From the NCBI RefSeq assembly GCF_006345805.1, contig NC_043007.1, forward strand, positions 63,860,001 to 63,924,000: 64,000 bases of DNA, in the 5' to 3' direction. A program made the translations under genes and the position numbers. Below are positions 12,116 to 24,830 of this stretch, piece after piece. The stretch is from Octopus sinensis. Lineage: Eukaryota. The notes below the pieces were generated by a model, which did no database searches, was not told the origin of the DNA, and saw only the letters and a list, made by a program, of their open reading frames with translations. Numbering within the stretch: the first letter of the stretch is position 1; every line of letters starts with the position of its first letter.

Positions 12116-12759
12116 TGGGAATAACTGTTTTGCATTTAGTTGATACTAGTTCGTTACATGTCGCTACACTGCCGGTAAAAATATTTGTCAATCATACATG
12201 TACCTTCTTTTAATAGTAGACTGTTATATATTGGAAGTCTTGTTAGGTAGTGTGGTGACAACAGTCTACCTATCTATCTATCTTTCATACACACACGCAC
12301 TCTCTTTCTCTCTCTCTCTCTCTCTCGACAACAAGTTGTCATTATGATGAAAGTCTTTTTGCAAGATTAACTTTTGCATTTAGTTGATATTACTTATGAT
12401 ATAAGACCTAATACTCTCTCTCCCTCTCTTTCTTTCTCTCTCCCTCTTTCTCTCTCTCTCTTTCTCTCTCTCTGTTCTATAGATCTAGAAGTTATTGTTA
12501 TAAGAAATCATTATGAACAAACATGCCAGTTCTCAAAAAATACACAAAACACACACAAACACATACACACACAAGCACACACACACATGCATGCTTATGC
12601 ACACATGATATACATAACTGTGAGCTCCCCACTTCAAACTGATGAAGAATAGCCTCCTCTTTGAATAACATGAATATACATTTTATTAATCTATTATATA
12701 TATATATTGAGTACTTTTTTCTCCCTTTTGTAAATTCAGTCTTATATATATATATCACT

Positions 12760-12900
12760 GTTCATCAGCATCACTTAAATGTCGACTTTTCCCTGATTGC
12801 ACGGGTCAAATGTCATTTGTTGAGGTGAAGTTTCTACATCTGGATGCCTTTCCTCTCATCAACCCTCACCTGATTCTAAGTAAGGTAATATTTCCCCATG
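12760..12900 (-). mobile_element. RTE-tailed short element (second family)
   Basis: ctggatgcctttcctctcatcaaccctcacctgattctaagtaaggtaatatttccccatg. Confidence 0.55.
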
Positions 12901-12929
12901 TAAAAAAAAAAAAGACATCCCCCCACTTT

Positions 12930-13195
12930 TGGTCATGAATGACCAAGGGATTGCACCTAGAAAGTTGCCCATACATACCAGCCTTCCCTCTCCATGCCAC
13001 CAATGTTATCCAAGGAAAGGCAAAGGCTGATACAGCTTGGCACCTGTGACGTTGCAACTCATTTCTACAGCTGAGTGAACTAGAGCAACATGAAATAAAG
13101 TGTCTTGCCCAAGAAAACAACACACAGCCCGGTCCAGGAATCAAACTCACTACTTCATGATTGTGAGCCCAATGCTCTAATCACTGAGCCTTCCC
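12930..13195 (-). mobile_element. tRNA-derived SINE family C
   Basis: Minus-strand head ggctcagtgattagagc...gagtttgattcc followed by ttgggcaagacactttattt, shared with 44755-45070. Confidence 0.75.
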
Positions 13196-14684
13196 ATGAC
13201 CAGACATATTTTCGCAGAAGATTAGAAACAAAGGACACTGCTTGCATAACAATGTCATACGTTTACAACTATCATGTGATATCAAGGCAAAGAGAAAGTA
13301 ATGTACACACACACACCTTCATACATACATATATGTATATATTACAGGCTTCTTTCATCTGCTTCAATACGGGATTCATGTACATGGCTTTGGGCAACCT
13401 GGGAGTAGAATGGAAGCAACTTACTCAAGGTGCTACACAGTGGGACTGAACCCCAAACCATGTGATTGGGTAGCACAGCCACACCTGTACCTAAATCATT
13501 CATAAATACACCTTCACAGTGTATGTGAGTAATATAAAATTAGAGAGGTGATTCCTTAATATCAGCCTATCGCAAAGAAAATAAATTTCAGTGTGAAGCT
13601 ATGAAAGGACAGGTAACAGTCAGACTGCTGACCTGGGGCTAAATGGCAACAACATTGCTAATTGCTGACATACACAGACACACACACATACATGTACACA
13701 AATACACACCATACGCAAACACACACACACATGCCCAGGTCTAATTGCATAGTAGTCAGCTAGTGACTATTTTTGATGTTATGTTGACAATTTGTGTCAT
13801 TACATGTTCACATACACACGTGTTTCAGTTTGTGTGTATGTGTATCTCTGCACAAGTATGCATGTATGTATGTGCCATATGTGTGAGTGTTTTGTGTACA
13901 CATGTCTATTTATGTTATATAGCTGTATGTCTGTAAATGAAGTGCACGCATTGTAAGATTACATATGTGTATAGTTTTACATCAGACAAAGCCACACACA
14001 GACCTTATATCCCCTACATACACACACAAACACACACACATGCACACTCTTTAGCTACTGAATGACTATGATTTGTTTATTGTTAATTACCAAGTTCCAA
14101 CAATGACTAGTCACAGCTTATTCTGACAAACTCTCTCTCTCACTTTCTCGCTTCTCTCCCTTTCACTCACACACTTTTTAGATTAGGTTAATAAAAGATG
14201 AAGGACAGATCTCATTCAGCCAATCACTTGATGTGCTGTTTACACTAAATAAGTCCTGTCTAGTGAGATTGGAGAATGGTCAATAATTGGGTGGGTGGGT
14301 GGGGTAAAACTTATTTACTGCTAGATAGGTTTGAAATTTCATTCTTCACTTACCCCCACTCTCTTTATCTTTCATCATGCAATCATGTGTGAATGTATTT
14401 ATATAAATATAGTTTGTTTATATATTTATACATATATACACACACACACACACATATATTGTGTTTTTGAGCAAATCACTTCAATTTATCTTCCTCTGTG
14501 CTCATTTCAACATTTGACACTCGTGCACCTGTAGAGGCAATGTTGATATGATGGAGGTAATGTGCCTATGTGAAACATAAACATTTGATCACTATAAACA
14601 AATCATCCATTTAGTTGTTCAGCAAGAAATTCTGGAACTCTCATCGGCCATCTAATGATGAGAGAGTCTATAATGTATATATAT

Positions 14685-15491
14685 ATATATATTTATAAAA
14701 AGAAGTTTGAAAATGCTACTATATAAGATAAATTTTAATTTTCTTAGAGATTTTACATGTTTCGGTTCTTCTTGAAAAAACGAACTTTATCAAAAATATT
14801 TTTAAAAGATAAGTGTAATAAAAAAGCTCATAGGTGCAGGAGTGGCTGTGTGGTAAGTAGCTTGTTTACCAACCACATGGTTCCGGGTTCAGTCCCACTG
14901 CGTGGCACCTTGGGCAAATGTCTTCTACTATAGCCTCGGGCCGACCAAAGCTCTGTGAGTGGATTTGGTAGACGGAAACTGAAAGAAGCCCGTCGTATAT
15001 ATGTATATATATATGAGTGTGTGTGTGTCTCCGTGTTCGTCCCCCTAGCATTGCTTGACAACCGATGCTGGTGTGTTTATGTCCCCGTTACTTAGCGGTT
15101 TGACAAAAGAGACCGATAGAATAAGTACTCGGCTTACAAAAGAATAAGTCCCGGGATCGAGTTGCTCAATTAAAGGCGGTGCTCCAGCATGGCCGCAGTC
15201 AAATGACCGAAACAAAGAAAAGAGTAATTGTTTCATAATTACAGCGATTGAATCTAGTCAACACACAACACAGCCATTATGTTCCTCTCCTCACAAAACA
15301 CTACCACGTGGACTCTGTCGAGACTAGTAAGAAACGATTATGAACTTTTTTATTACACTTAACTTTTAAAAATATTTTTGATAAGGTTCGTTTTTTCACG
15401 AACTAAAACATGTAAAATATCTAAGAAAATTAAAATTCATCTTATATAGTAGCGTTTTCAAACTTCTTTTTTATAAATATATACCCACTCG
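14685..15491. mobile_element. MITE with ~148-bp TIRs containing a nested SINE
   Basis: 14685-14832 and 15339-15483 are inverted repeats (tttataaaaagaagtttgaaaa...aagtgtaataaaaaag). Confidence 0.75.
14833..15212 (+). mobile_element. Full-length tRNA-derived SINE family A
   Basis: A-box TGGCTGTGTGG, B-box GGTTCAGTCCC, internal (TA)/(GT) microsatellite, 3' end ggccgcagtcaaatgaccgaaac; more than 10 relatives in the window. Confidence 0.9.
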
Positions 15492-15509
15492 TATGCCACC
15501 AACACTTTA

Positions 15510-15549
<40 letters not shown>

Positions 15550-15554
<5 letters not shown>

Positions 15555-16821
15555 TCATCACCATCATCATCATCATCGTTTAACGTCCGCTTTCCATGGA
15601 CGGTTCAACTGGGGTCTAGGAAGCCCGAAGGCTGCACCAGGCCAGTCAGATCTGGCGGTGTTTCTACAGCTGGATGCCCTTCCTAACGCCAACCACTCCA
15701 TGAGTGTAGTGGGTGCTTTTTATGTGCCACCGACACAGGTGCCAGACGAGGCTGGCGAACGGCCACGCTCGGATAGTATTTTTTATGTGCCACCGGCACG
15801 GAGGCCAGTCGATGCGGGGCTGGCTACGGCCACATTCGGATGGTTCTCTTATGTGCCACCGGCACTGGTACCACAAACTACAAATTCCATTGATGTTGAT
15901 CGATTTTGATTTTGATTTGATTCTTTGATTTTCACTTGCCTCAACAGGTCTTCACAAGTAGAGTTATGTGTCCCAAGAAGGTAGGTATGCACAGGTGGAC
16001 TGACTACGTCCCCAGGTAGGGACCACGGGTTGTTGCCTCACTTGTCCTGCCGGGTCTTCTCACGCACAGCATACTTCCAATGGTCTCAGTCTCTGGTCAT
16101 TTCCTCGGTGAGACCTAAAGAGCGAAGGTCGTGTTTCACCACCTCGTCCCAGGTTTTCCTGGGTCTACCTCTTCCACAGGTTCCCTCAACCGCTAGGGTG
16201 TGGCACTTTTTCACACAACTATCTTCATCCATTCTTACCACGTGTCCATACCAGCGTAGACGTCTCTCTTGCACACCACATCTGATGCTTCTTAGGTCCA
16301 ATTTTTCTCTCAAGGCACTTACACTCTGTCGGGTATGAACACTGACATTACATATCCATCGGAGCATACTGGCTTCATTTCTTGCGAGCTTACACATATC
16401 CTCAGCAGTCACGGCCCATGTTTCACTGCCATGTAGCATGGCTGTTCGTACACATGCATCATACAGTCTGCCTTTTACTCTGAGTGAGAGGCCTTTTGTC
16501 ACCAGCAGAGGTAAGAGCTCTCTGAACTTTGCCCAGGCTATTCTTTCTCTAACAGTTACACTTTTGGCACACCCACCCCCGCTACTGACTTGATCACCTA
16601 GGTAACGGAAACTATCAACTATTTCTAGTTTTTCTCCTTGGCGGAAGTTGGTCTCTGCGCATTTTCAGTGTTTATTGCACCAGAGCATCTGCTACATACA
16701 AAAACTATATTCCTAGTTAGCCTTCCTTTGACATTGCTGCACCTCTTATGTGTCCATAGCTTACACTTGGTGCATCTTATAGAGTTCCTACCTACCCCTT
16801 TTCTACAGATCGAGCAGGGCC

Positions 16822-16822
<1 letters not shown>
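15550..16822 (-). mobile_element. RTE-clade LINE, 5'-truncated (PHD-like finger, RT thumb, 3' UTR, (GAT)n tail)
   Basis: ORF 16086..16502 KGRLYDACVRTAMLHGSETW...RRLRWYGHVVRM...GRGRPRKTW; upstream DSFRYLGD. Confidence 0.92.
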
Positions 16823-16878
<56 letters not shown>

Positions 16879-17792
16879 TTCACAACAGTATATACGCATA
16901 CTAAATCATCAATATACATATATACATCAAAATACACAGATAGATGTACACAGACCACATACATATGCAGACATATATATGCAAGATGTAAATATACACA
17001 CAAATACACATATACATATGTATACGCAATCTTGTCCGCATGCAAAAATCACTTGGTGTACACATATCGACGAGAAGTAAAACACAGGGAGGGGGAAGAA
17101 AAAGAAAAGAAAAGGTAACAATCTTATAAGCAACAGATAGCTAAAGAAGTGAGTAAGAGAAGGTGGGGGGGCGTAAAGTTACAGGACTCTATACAAGTAA
17201 CGAATAGGGGGAGAAAAAATAACGAAAGAAAGGAAGAAAGAAAGAAGTCTGAATATGCATAATGAACGTTCACAAAATAAAATTTCGTATACATGTGTAT
17301 ATAAAAGTGTATATTAGCAGTAAATACACATATAAATATACAGAGATAAGTACGTAAATACACAATCACACAAATTCAAGTGAATACATGCATACATGTA
17401 CATCCATGTATGTATGTGCATAAGTATAAACATACATGCTTACTTACACATATACATAGGCACATACATACGAATACATATGCATGCCAACAATGCAAAT
17501 AGTTACATAAAAACATGTCTAGGTCCTGATATATATATATACGAACAACATTATTTTAAAAAATTGCTGAGTGCATAATAATAAAATTTAAATAAAATAC
17601 ATGCAAAATAGAACACCCTATATCAAATTATTTATAAATCAAGCAATTAAAATGGGTTTATAAAATACAATAAAATAAAATAAAATAAAAGCAGAATCCT
17701 AAACAAAATAATAATATTTGTATATAACAGTCGAAAGTTTTCCTTAAGAAATATGTCGAAATATATATAAAAACTTTGTGATGCAGAATAAA

Positions 17793-18281
17793 TCATGCAT
17801 AATACGAAACAAATCCAACAGTGTGATCAAAAACTAGTCGTAGAATCAAAAATATACGCTTTCCATATGGGATATTGCTAGTTAACATTTTAAATTTAGT
17901 TGCGTGTCTGCAGGAATTCAAGAGTTCGCTTCTTTGATTTAAAGAATTATTGTCCTGGAATAAAATAAAATATTTTTCCAGTAGACATAAATCGCACTTG
18001 ATCATTCTTTTATGAGCACCGTGCCTGTATGGTGCAGCTCTATCCAAAATACTCCATGTCATGTTGAAAGGTCGGGCTTCTTTTTCTTTTAATTCCCAGA
18101 CATATTTCACCAGACTGGTCTTCGTCCTATATTCGGAGTATCTAAAGGAATGTTTATGTGAATAGAATCGGGTTTTAAAAGAATTTTCAGAAGCCCCTGT
18201 ATAAGTTCTATAATCGCGCAAGCCATCTATCTGTACCTTGGGTCTATATACGATTCCTTTCTCCAGACATTTTCCTTCCAA
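17793..18281 (-). CDS. GIY-YIG endonuclease domain of a Penelope-like element (fragment, not a host gene)
   Basis: GIVY..YTGASENSFKTRFYSHKHSF..YVWELK..CDLCLLEK..LNQRSELLNSCRH. Confidence 0.85.
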   Translation of the reverse strand: MEGKCLEKGIVYRPKVQIDGLRDYRTYTGASENSFKTRFYSHKHSFRYSEYRTKTSLVKYVWELKEKEARPFNMTWSILDRAAPYRHGAHKRMIKCDLCLLEKYFILFQDNNSLNQRSELLNSCRHATKFKMLTSNIPYGKRIFLILRLVFDHTVGFVSYYA

Positions 18282-18560
18282 TGGACAGGAGGAGCCATCT
18301 TTGCAATTTCAAAAATTTTTAGAGAATTGGCACTATACTTATTAGCAATTATCCTACTGTTGTGTTGGTTAACAAAAGAGGCGAAGTTTCTGCAGTGAGA
18401 ATAGTTGATCTTAAGCGTTCTATTAAATATTCTATAAAATTCATGGTCAGGTTGAAAATGCCTAGAGACTTATTTCAAGAATTCCCTACCTATATTTGTT
18501 TTTACTGCCAAATTGAAAGGTGGGTTGAACCACAAAACTTTCCTAGTCCTAGTTCTACGT
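17793..18560 (-). mobile_element. Penelope-like element remnant (thumb/linker plus endonuclease)
   Basis: Upstream of the EN ORF: RTRKVLWFNPPFNLAVKTNIGREFLK*..FYRIFNRTLKINYSHC. Confidence 0.85.
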
Positions 18561-18767
18561 GAAGCATTACTGCTAGCATTAATTAAAGGGAAGCCATCCC
18601 TTTGCAAATACTGATAGGGCACAGAAAGTGTGTCTAAAGCCAGCTGGAGGAGGTGTCCTCCTGGAGCTACAAACTACAGTAGCATCCACCCTTAGGGGTT
18701 AGCCATATTTAAATGGCAAATATACATCACGATGTGTTGCAGCTACTGTTTATAACTCGCTCTAAGA

Positions 18768-18813
<46 letters not shown>

Positions 18814-18904
18814 ATATATATAAAGTATATATATATTTTTTTTTTTGCTGTAGTTTCAGCTCATAGCTGCGGCCATGCTGATGCACCACCGTTTTGCTAC
18901 AATG

Positions 18905-19900
18905 TTATTAATATGTGGCACTTCGTGAAGAATGGAGTTTTATGTAGCTTCCCTCATTTGCACCTCTTGCCGTAAGGTAGGTTCATCTGGGACTCTTGAC
19001 AGGAAGAGGTCCAGTTTTGATTTAAAAACGCCTACATCTACTTTGTGCAGGTTCCTCAGGCTCTTTGGGAAAATATTAAAAAGCTGTGGGCCCCTGAAAC
19101 CCAGGCTGTTGCAGTAACTGGTCCTGAAGCGCGATTGCATTGCTGATATCTTTGGCACTATGCAGTATTGTTCCGTTCGGCATTGGTGTTGCTTTCAATG
19201 CCAAAATTTGGCACAATTCCTTCCAGGATCTTTCAGATGTATATTACTGCATACCTCTCCTGCCTTCTCTCCAGGGAGTAGAGTCTTAGCTATTTCAGCC
19301 TTTCCCAGTAGCTGAACAGGTGCAAAGAGACGATGTTCTTTGTGAATCTTCTCTGGATTGCTTCAAGATCCACTGTTAATTTCACACTTGTGGGTGATCA
19401 TAGCTGTGAACAGTAATCCAGGTGGCTGAGGACGAATGTCCTCCAGAGGACCATCATGGTTTCCTTATCTCTGGTTCTCAGGATCCAGCCAGCCAGTCGT
19501 CTGCACTTTGTCGCCATCCTTGTAATGTGCACATGTCAATACCCAGGTCCCTCACTGATTTAGGCTCTGGGATTGAAATTCCCTGTGGAACCCTGTGCCC
19601 TGTAAGTTTCATATTCAGTTTTGGATGCTGGTAGCACAGGGCTTGGAATTTTTCAGCATTAAACTGCATATTATTATCATCAGCCCATCTGTAAATTGAG
19701 TCCAACTCCTGCTGCAGATGTGCAACTTTGCTGGGGTTCTGTATTTTCTGCGAAACTTTCGTATCTTCTGCATAGCTTGCTAGGGTGACTATCTGGGTAC
19801 TTGCGGGCATATCGGAGTGGGCCACTATAAAAAGCAGTGGTCACAATATAGTGCCCTGTGGAACACTGCTCACTATTTGTGTTTTCATAGAGGTGGCTCC
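18905..19900 (-). mobile_element. CR1/L2-type LINE, RT 3' half
   Basis: YAEDTKV..LQQELDSIYRWADDNNMQFNAEKF (ORF 19478..19825); NSLGFRGPQLFN..FKSKLDLFL (ORF 18940..19158). Confidence 0.85.
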
Positions 19901-19984
19901 AAACTCACAATCTTTGCATCAATGGCAGGTTCTGATGAAAACATATATATATAAATGGTGCTGTGAATAAATATAGTGACCCAA

Positions 19985-21010
19985 GAATATTATACCAGAC
20001 TTAGAAGAATATAGCAGTCAGCACTCCCTTCTTACAAGACTGTATCCCACAATGCATTTGCAGTACCAGTGTTGATGCCAACATTTGAGATACTTGACTG
20101 GTCTGTAAATGAAATCCACTCTATAGGCATTAAAACCTGCATGATCCTGATATCAACTGGAAGCTTCCACAAAAACTGATATTGACAGGCTCTACCTAAG
20201 AAGAGATGAGGGAGGTAGAGGCTTGAGATCAGTGCAGACAGACTTTAAATATTTTGTAATATCTCTCAGATATCACCTGCTAAACAACAGCAGTGAAAAT
20301 AAATATATAAACCCAATAAAAGGCAAAAAGAGCAACATCCTATGAATCAACTGTAAGCTTCTTAGAAAGAACTGTCTTCCTGAAACCTCCCACACTACTT
20401 TAAAACAGTTGAACTAACATACCTCAAAAAAGACTAAGATTTGAAATACCTAAGAAAGACTATGCATGGATATGTTTCTTGAAGACTTGAAAATGACACT
20501 AATATTGATGTGAAATACAATCTTTCTTGGACTTGCAACTACTGTATCATACTACACTTCAAAAGCTCTGTATTTGCAATCCAAGAGCAGGAGATTGCAA
20601 CAAATTATCTAATGAACAAAAGAGACACTAAAACCCTTGGAGCTTCAAGATACAACTGATAATATCAATTATGCTACGTTTCTGTGGAAGACATCACATG
20701 ATCAGTAGCTACCCAAAAATGTCATCAAAGTACTACCCCATTGTGTGACGTGATGTCTCTAAAACAATATGCAATACCATCTGAAAATAATGTGGTGGGA
20801 TAAATATTGAGAATCTTCCTGTTATTGAATGCATATATACACATCAACATGAGAAATATTGGTGGAACATTCCCATCAAAACTTCTACCAAGTGCAAACA
20901 TAACAGGCCAGGTATAGTTGTTTGGGAAAGACAAGAAAAGGTATGTACTGTCATATAGAACAGCTGCCCTGCTGATGTTAATATCTTGAAAAAAAAAAAT
21001 GGAAGAGAAG
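19985..21010 (+). mobile_element. Dong/R4-type LINE 3' part (thumb, zinc knuckle remnant, REL endonuclease), decayed
   Basis: IDRLYLRRDEGGRGL at 20181; FAIQEQEIATNY; HNRPGIVVW..SCPADVNI near 20900-20980. Confidence 0.75.
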
Positions 21011-21219
21011 CTACTTTGAAACTTTCAGTTTCTATATCTAGATTATAAATTTTTGTTTATACTATCTAGAAAAGTTAGGGTTTTCAGAAGAAATCAATTA
21101 TACAATTATCATAATTGTTTTCATAACCTGACCATTCTTTAAGTTTAATACATTCATTTCAGATATTTTATGTATGGGAATAATTGAAATGGATTTAATT
21201 TTTTATCTTTTACTTGAAG

Positions 21220-21530
21220 TTGAATAAATTGACCCCAGTACTTATTCTTTTCATTTAAAAAAAATTCTGGTACTTATTCTATCTGGCTCTTTTGCTGAAC
21301 TACTAGGTTATGTTAATGTAAACAAACCAATACCAGTTGTCAAGCTAGTGTGGGGGATAAACGCAAACATAAAGGCACACACACACAATGAGCTTCCACA
21401 CTGTTTCTATATACCAATTTCACTCAAAACGTATTGGTTGGCACATGCCCAAGATGCTACACATAGAGACTGAGCCTGAAACTACATGGTTGCAAAACAA
21501 GCTTCTTAACCACACAGCCATGACTGCACC
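21220..21530 (-). mobile_element. SINE family A
   Basis: Similarity to 14833-15212. Confidence 0.75.
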
Positions 21531-21890
21531 TATAATAAAGAAAATTGTTAAATAGATTTAAGGTTGCTTTAAAAATAATTCATTTATGTATGTAAGTGAA
21601 TTAGTTCAAGGTTCAAAGTCAAAATCAAATAATTGAAGTACACACTAACTAACCTTTAATATGTTCTAATTTTCATTTTTACCAGACAGAAAACATATTG
21701 CTGCTAAAGTTAATTTTCATCAATAGTAACTGCTCTTTAAAAACTATTGATAGCCATGTCCTATCTCGAAACAAAAAAAAATGTACTGTAGTATGTCATA
21801 AATTCAGAACATGGATTCAATTAATATTTGGCTATCTTAAAAAATTCTAAAGTTCATTTTAGTAGAACTTAACCTTTTTGTTCTTCCTTG

Positions 21891-22050
21891 TTTCAGTTAT
21901 TCAACTGCAGCCATGTTGAGCACCACCTTGAAAGTTTAGTTGAGCAAATTGACCCTGGTACTAATTATTATTTTTTTTTGTCTTTGTACTTATTCTATTG
22001 GTCTCTCTTTTAATGAACTACCAAGGTATGAGAACATAAACAAACATTGG
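21891..22050 (-). mobile_element. SINE family A, 3' part
   Basis: gtttcagttattcaactgcagccatg... Confidence 0.7.
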
Positions 22051-22096
22051 TTGCCAAGCAATGGTAGGAGATATTTATATATATATTCTTTTATTT

Positions 22097-23653
22097 GTTT
22101 CAGTCATTTGACTGCAGCCATGCTGGAGCACTGCCTTTAGTCAAACAAATTGACCCCAGGACTTATTCTTTGTAAGCCTAGTACTTATTCTATCAGTCTC
22201 TTTAGCTGAACAGCTAAATTATGGGGACGTAAACACACCACCACCAGTTGTCAAGTGATGGTGGGAGGACAAATATAGACACACAAACATATTGTTACGC
22301 CGCCACTCAGGACCCTAGGCCTTCTGATTGCACCACGGGCCCCAAGTCGCGACGACGATGCTCAGCAAACCGGAAATCCACCATGGAAAGGGGGGAAGGC
22401 GGCGAACGCAGCCAGGAACCAACACAACGACAACAAAAGAAAGAGACACAGCGGAAGTTGCATAATTTAGCAATTTTTTTCAAAACAAAATCAAAGCATT
22501 CCAAAACAAAGGTTGACAAATCATGTACAGAGTTCGAAGAACAATCATTTGAATTTAAACATAATACAGAGTTCAAAAAACCAAATCAAATGCATTTAAA
22601 CATAATACAGAGTTCAAAAAACACAAATCATTTAACATTTGACACAATACTGTTCGGTCGTTTTTTTCAAGACAAATCATTTTGCTTACATTTAACACAA
22701 AGTTCAAAATCAACAGTCTCTTAGAGCTCCAATTTCCTCTTTTTTAACACGACAGTTCTCAAAATAAAGGCTCCTTCTACTTTTTAAAACATTTCCAAGT
22801 TCTCTTTTTTTCTTCCTTTTCTTTTCTTTTGAAAACAGCCCACAACAGGCTTTTTTTCCCTCTTTTCTTTCTCTTTCTTTTTCAAACATTTAAACATCGA
22901 TATTCAAAACACAAATAAACACATTACCGCATGTTCCAGCCTGCAACACTCCCTGGGCATCACAAAACTCCCACTATAACAGTCCGACTTCTTTATGTCT
23001 CTCTTTGCCCCCTTCACTGTCATCTTCCTTACTTCCTCGCGTCCTGTCATCTTTCACACTCACTGTCTGTCTCTCTCTAGATCCTGGCTGTCATCTTTGT
23101 TGGCTGCCTCTCGCTGACTCCACCATCTCTAACTCACTCCCTTGTCCGCTCCGCTCACACTGACCGTCTGTCTTTCTTTCACTGACTGACTCTCGCCGAC
23201 TGACCAACTAACTTAATGCTAGCCGTATTTATAACGGGTAGCATCTTTATTTTTTAAAACTTTCCGTGACCGTGTGGGGACCATAGATCTATACCTAGGA
23301 TAATTAATAATCGTGGTCTTTGACAGGACAAAGGAAATACCATTGTCCTGAACAACTGGAGCGCCGGTTCAATTCCAACTAATGGAACAAGGGGCATAAT
23401 GTTTTCTGTTCTTTTACTTTTTCTTGCCTCCGTAACAATATACACACACACATACATACATATATATATATACACACATATATATATATATATGTGTACA
23501 ACGGACTTCTTTCAGTTTCTGTCTACCAAATCCACTCACAAGGCTTTGGTCAGCCTGAGGCTATAGTAGAAGACACTTACCCAAGGTGCCATGCAATGGG
23601 ACTGAACCCGAAACCATGTGGTTGGTATGCAAGCTACTTACCACACAGCCACT
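22097..23653 (-). mobile_element. SINE family A split by a solo-LTR insertion
   Basis: 3' half at 22097-22292 and 5' half at ~23440-23653 rejoin across the insertion at the internal microsatellite. Confidence 0.8.
22293..23437. mobile_element. Solo LTR (1145 bp)
   Basis: TGTTACG...CGTAACA inverted termini, 4-bp TSD ATAT on both sides, no coding domains. Confidence 0.8.
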
Positions 23654-23719
23654 ATTGTCAAAAATATATATATATATTATATAATATTTATAATTATTAT
23701 ATATACATGTATACATAAC

Positions 23720-23870
23720 AGGCTTTTTTCAGTTTCTGTCTACCTAATCCACTCACAAGGCTTTGGTCAGTTCTGGACTATAGTAGAAGACACTTGCTCA
23801 AGGTGCTACACAGTGGAACTGAACCTAGAACCATGGTTAGGAAGCAAACTTCTTACCACAAATCCACAGC
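23720..23870 (-). mobile_element. SINE family A, 5' part
   Basis: ggctttttcagtttctgtctacctaatccactcacaaggc... Confidence 0.75.
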
Positions 23871-24434
23871 CATTTCTAATGCACTAACAAATATAACATG
23901 CTACCAATTTGCATTCCCAATAATTATCTAAGGTGAAATATACATATATTTTATAATAATTTATATTATGAATGTAATCCCGTAAACATTTTTCCTAATT
24001 CATTGTCCTGAAATTATCTCTAGTTTTTCAATTTTTTAACCAGAGGGAGCCTTTTAGTGATATAGTTACCTTTTCAAAATCTTTTGGGAACATTTTTCAT
24101 GCTCAGAATTGTCCAAGCACAGAATATACTATCAATGTCAGTTGTTAGCTGATAGGACACTGCATCCTTCAAAAATTACGTTTCCCAAAATTTGCCAACA
24201 CTACACCTGCCATACCTATGCACCCTTTTCCTCTTTATAGTTCTTTTATTGTTCACTTTTCTGTCATCTTGTGTTTTATTCTGTGCATTGTGCACATTCT
24301 TTTGGCTATCATTGCCATTTTTCTTTACTTGACTTACCACTGCTCACTGTCCCTTCTCCCCCCCCCCCAATCTGTTGTAATGCACCTGAATACTGTACAC
24401 AATAAATTTATCGTCGTTGTCATCATCATCAGTA

Positions 24435-24830
24435 TTAAGGCAGTGAGCTGGAGCTGGCAGAATCGTTATCACACAAAACAAAATACTTAGTGGCATTTCT
24501 TCTAGTTCTTTACATTTTGAGTTCAAATGCCACCAAAATTGACTTTGTCTTTCATTCTTTCAGAGCCGACAAAATAAGAACCGCTTGAGCACTGGGTTCA
24601 ATGTAATCAACTATCCCCCTCCCCTAAAATCCGAAATTTCAGGCCTTGTGCCAAAATTTTAAACCATTTTTATTATTATTATCTTCTGCCGAGGTCGATT
24701 TTACCTTTCATTCTTTTGGGGTCAATTAAATAAGTACCACTTATACACTGGGGTCAATGTAATTGACTTATCTCTCCCATAAATTTCAGGCCTTATGGCT
24801 AAAATTTGGGGGAGAGGTAAGGATTATTAA
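24435..24830 (+). mobile_element. Two tandem copies of tRNA-like SINE family B
   Basis: gagctggcagaatcgtta...gagttcaaat...aaatttcaggccttgtgcc; second copy is 5'-truncated. Confidence 0.75.

Noticed and set aside
12639-12670. CTGATGA followed by AGA..TCT stem: possible third hammerhead
   Set aside because: Second core reads GAAT rather than GAAA, and helices I and III cannot be drawn
22248-22724. 158-aa ORF and its antisense ORF
   Set aside because: Lies across a SINE/solo-LTR junction; no domain motifs
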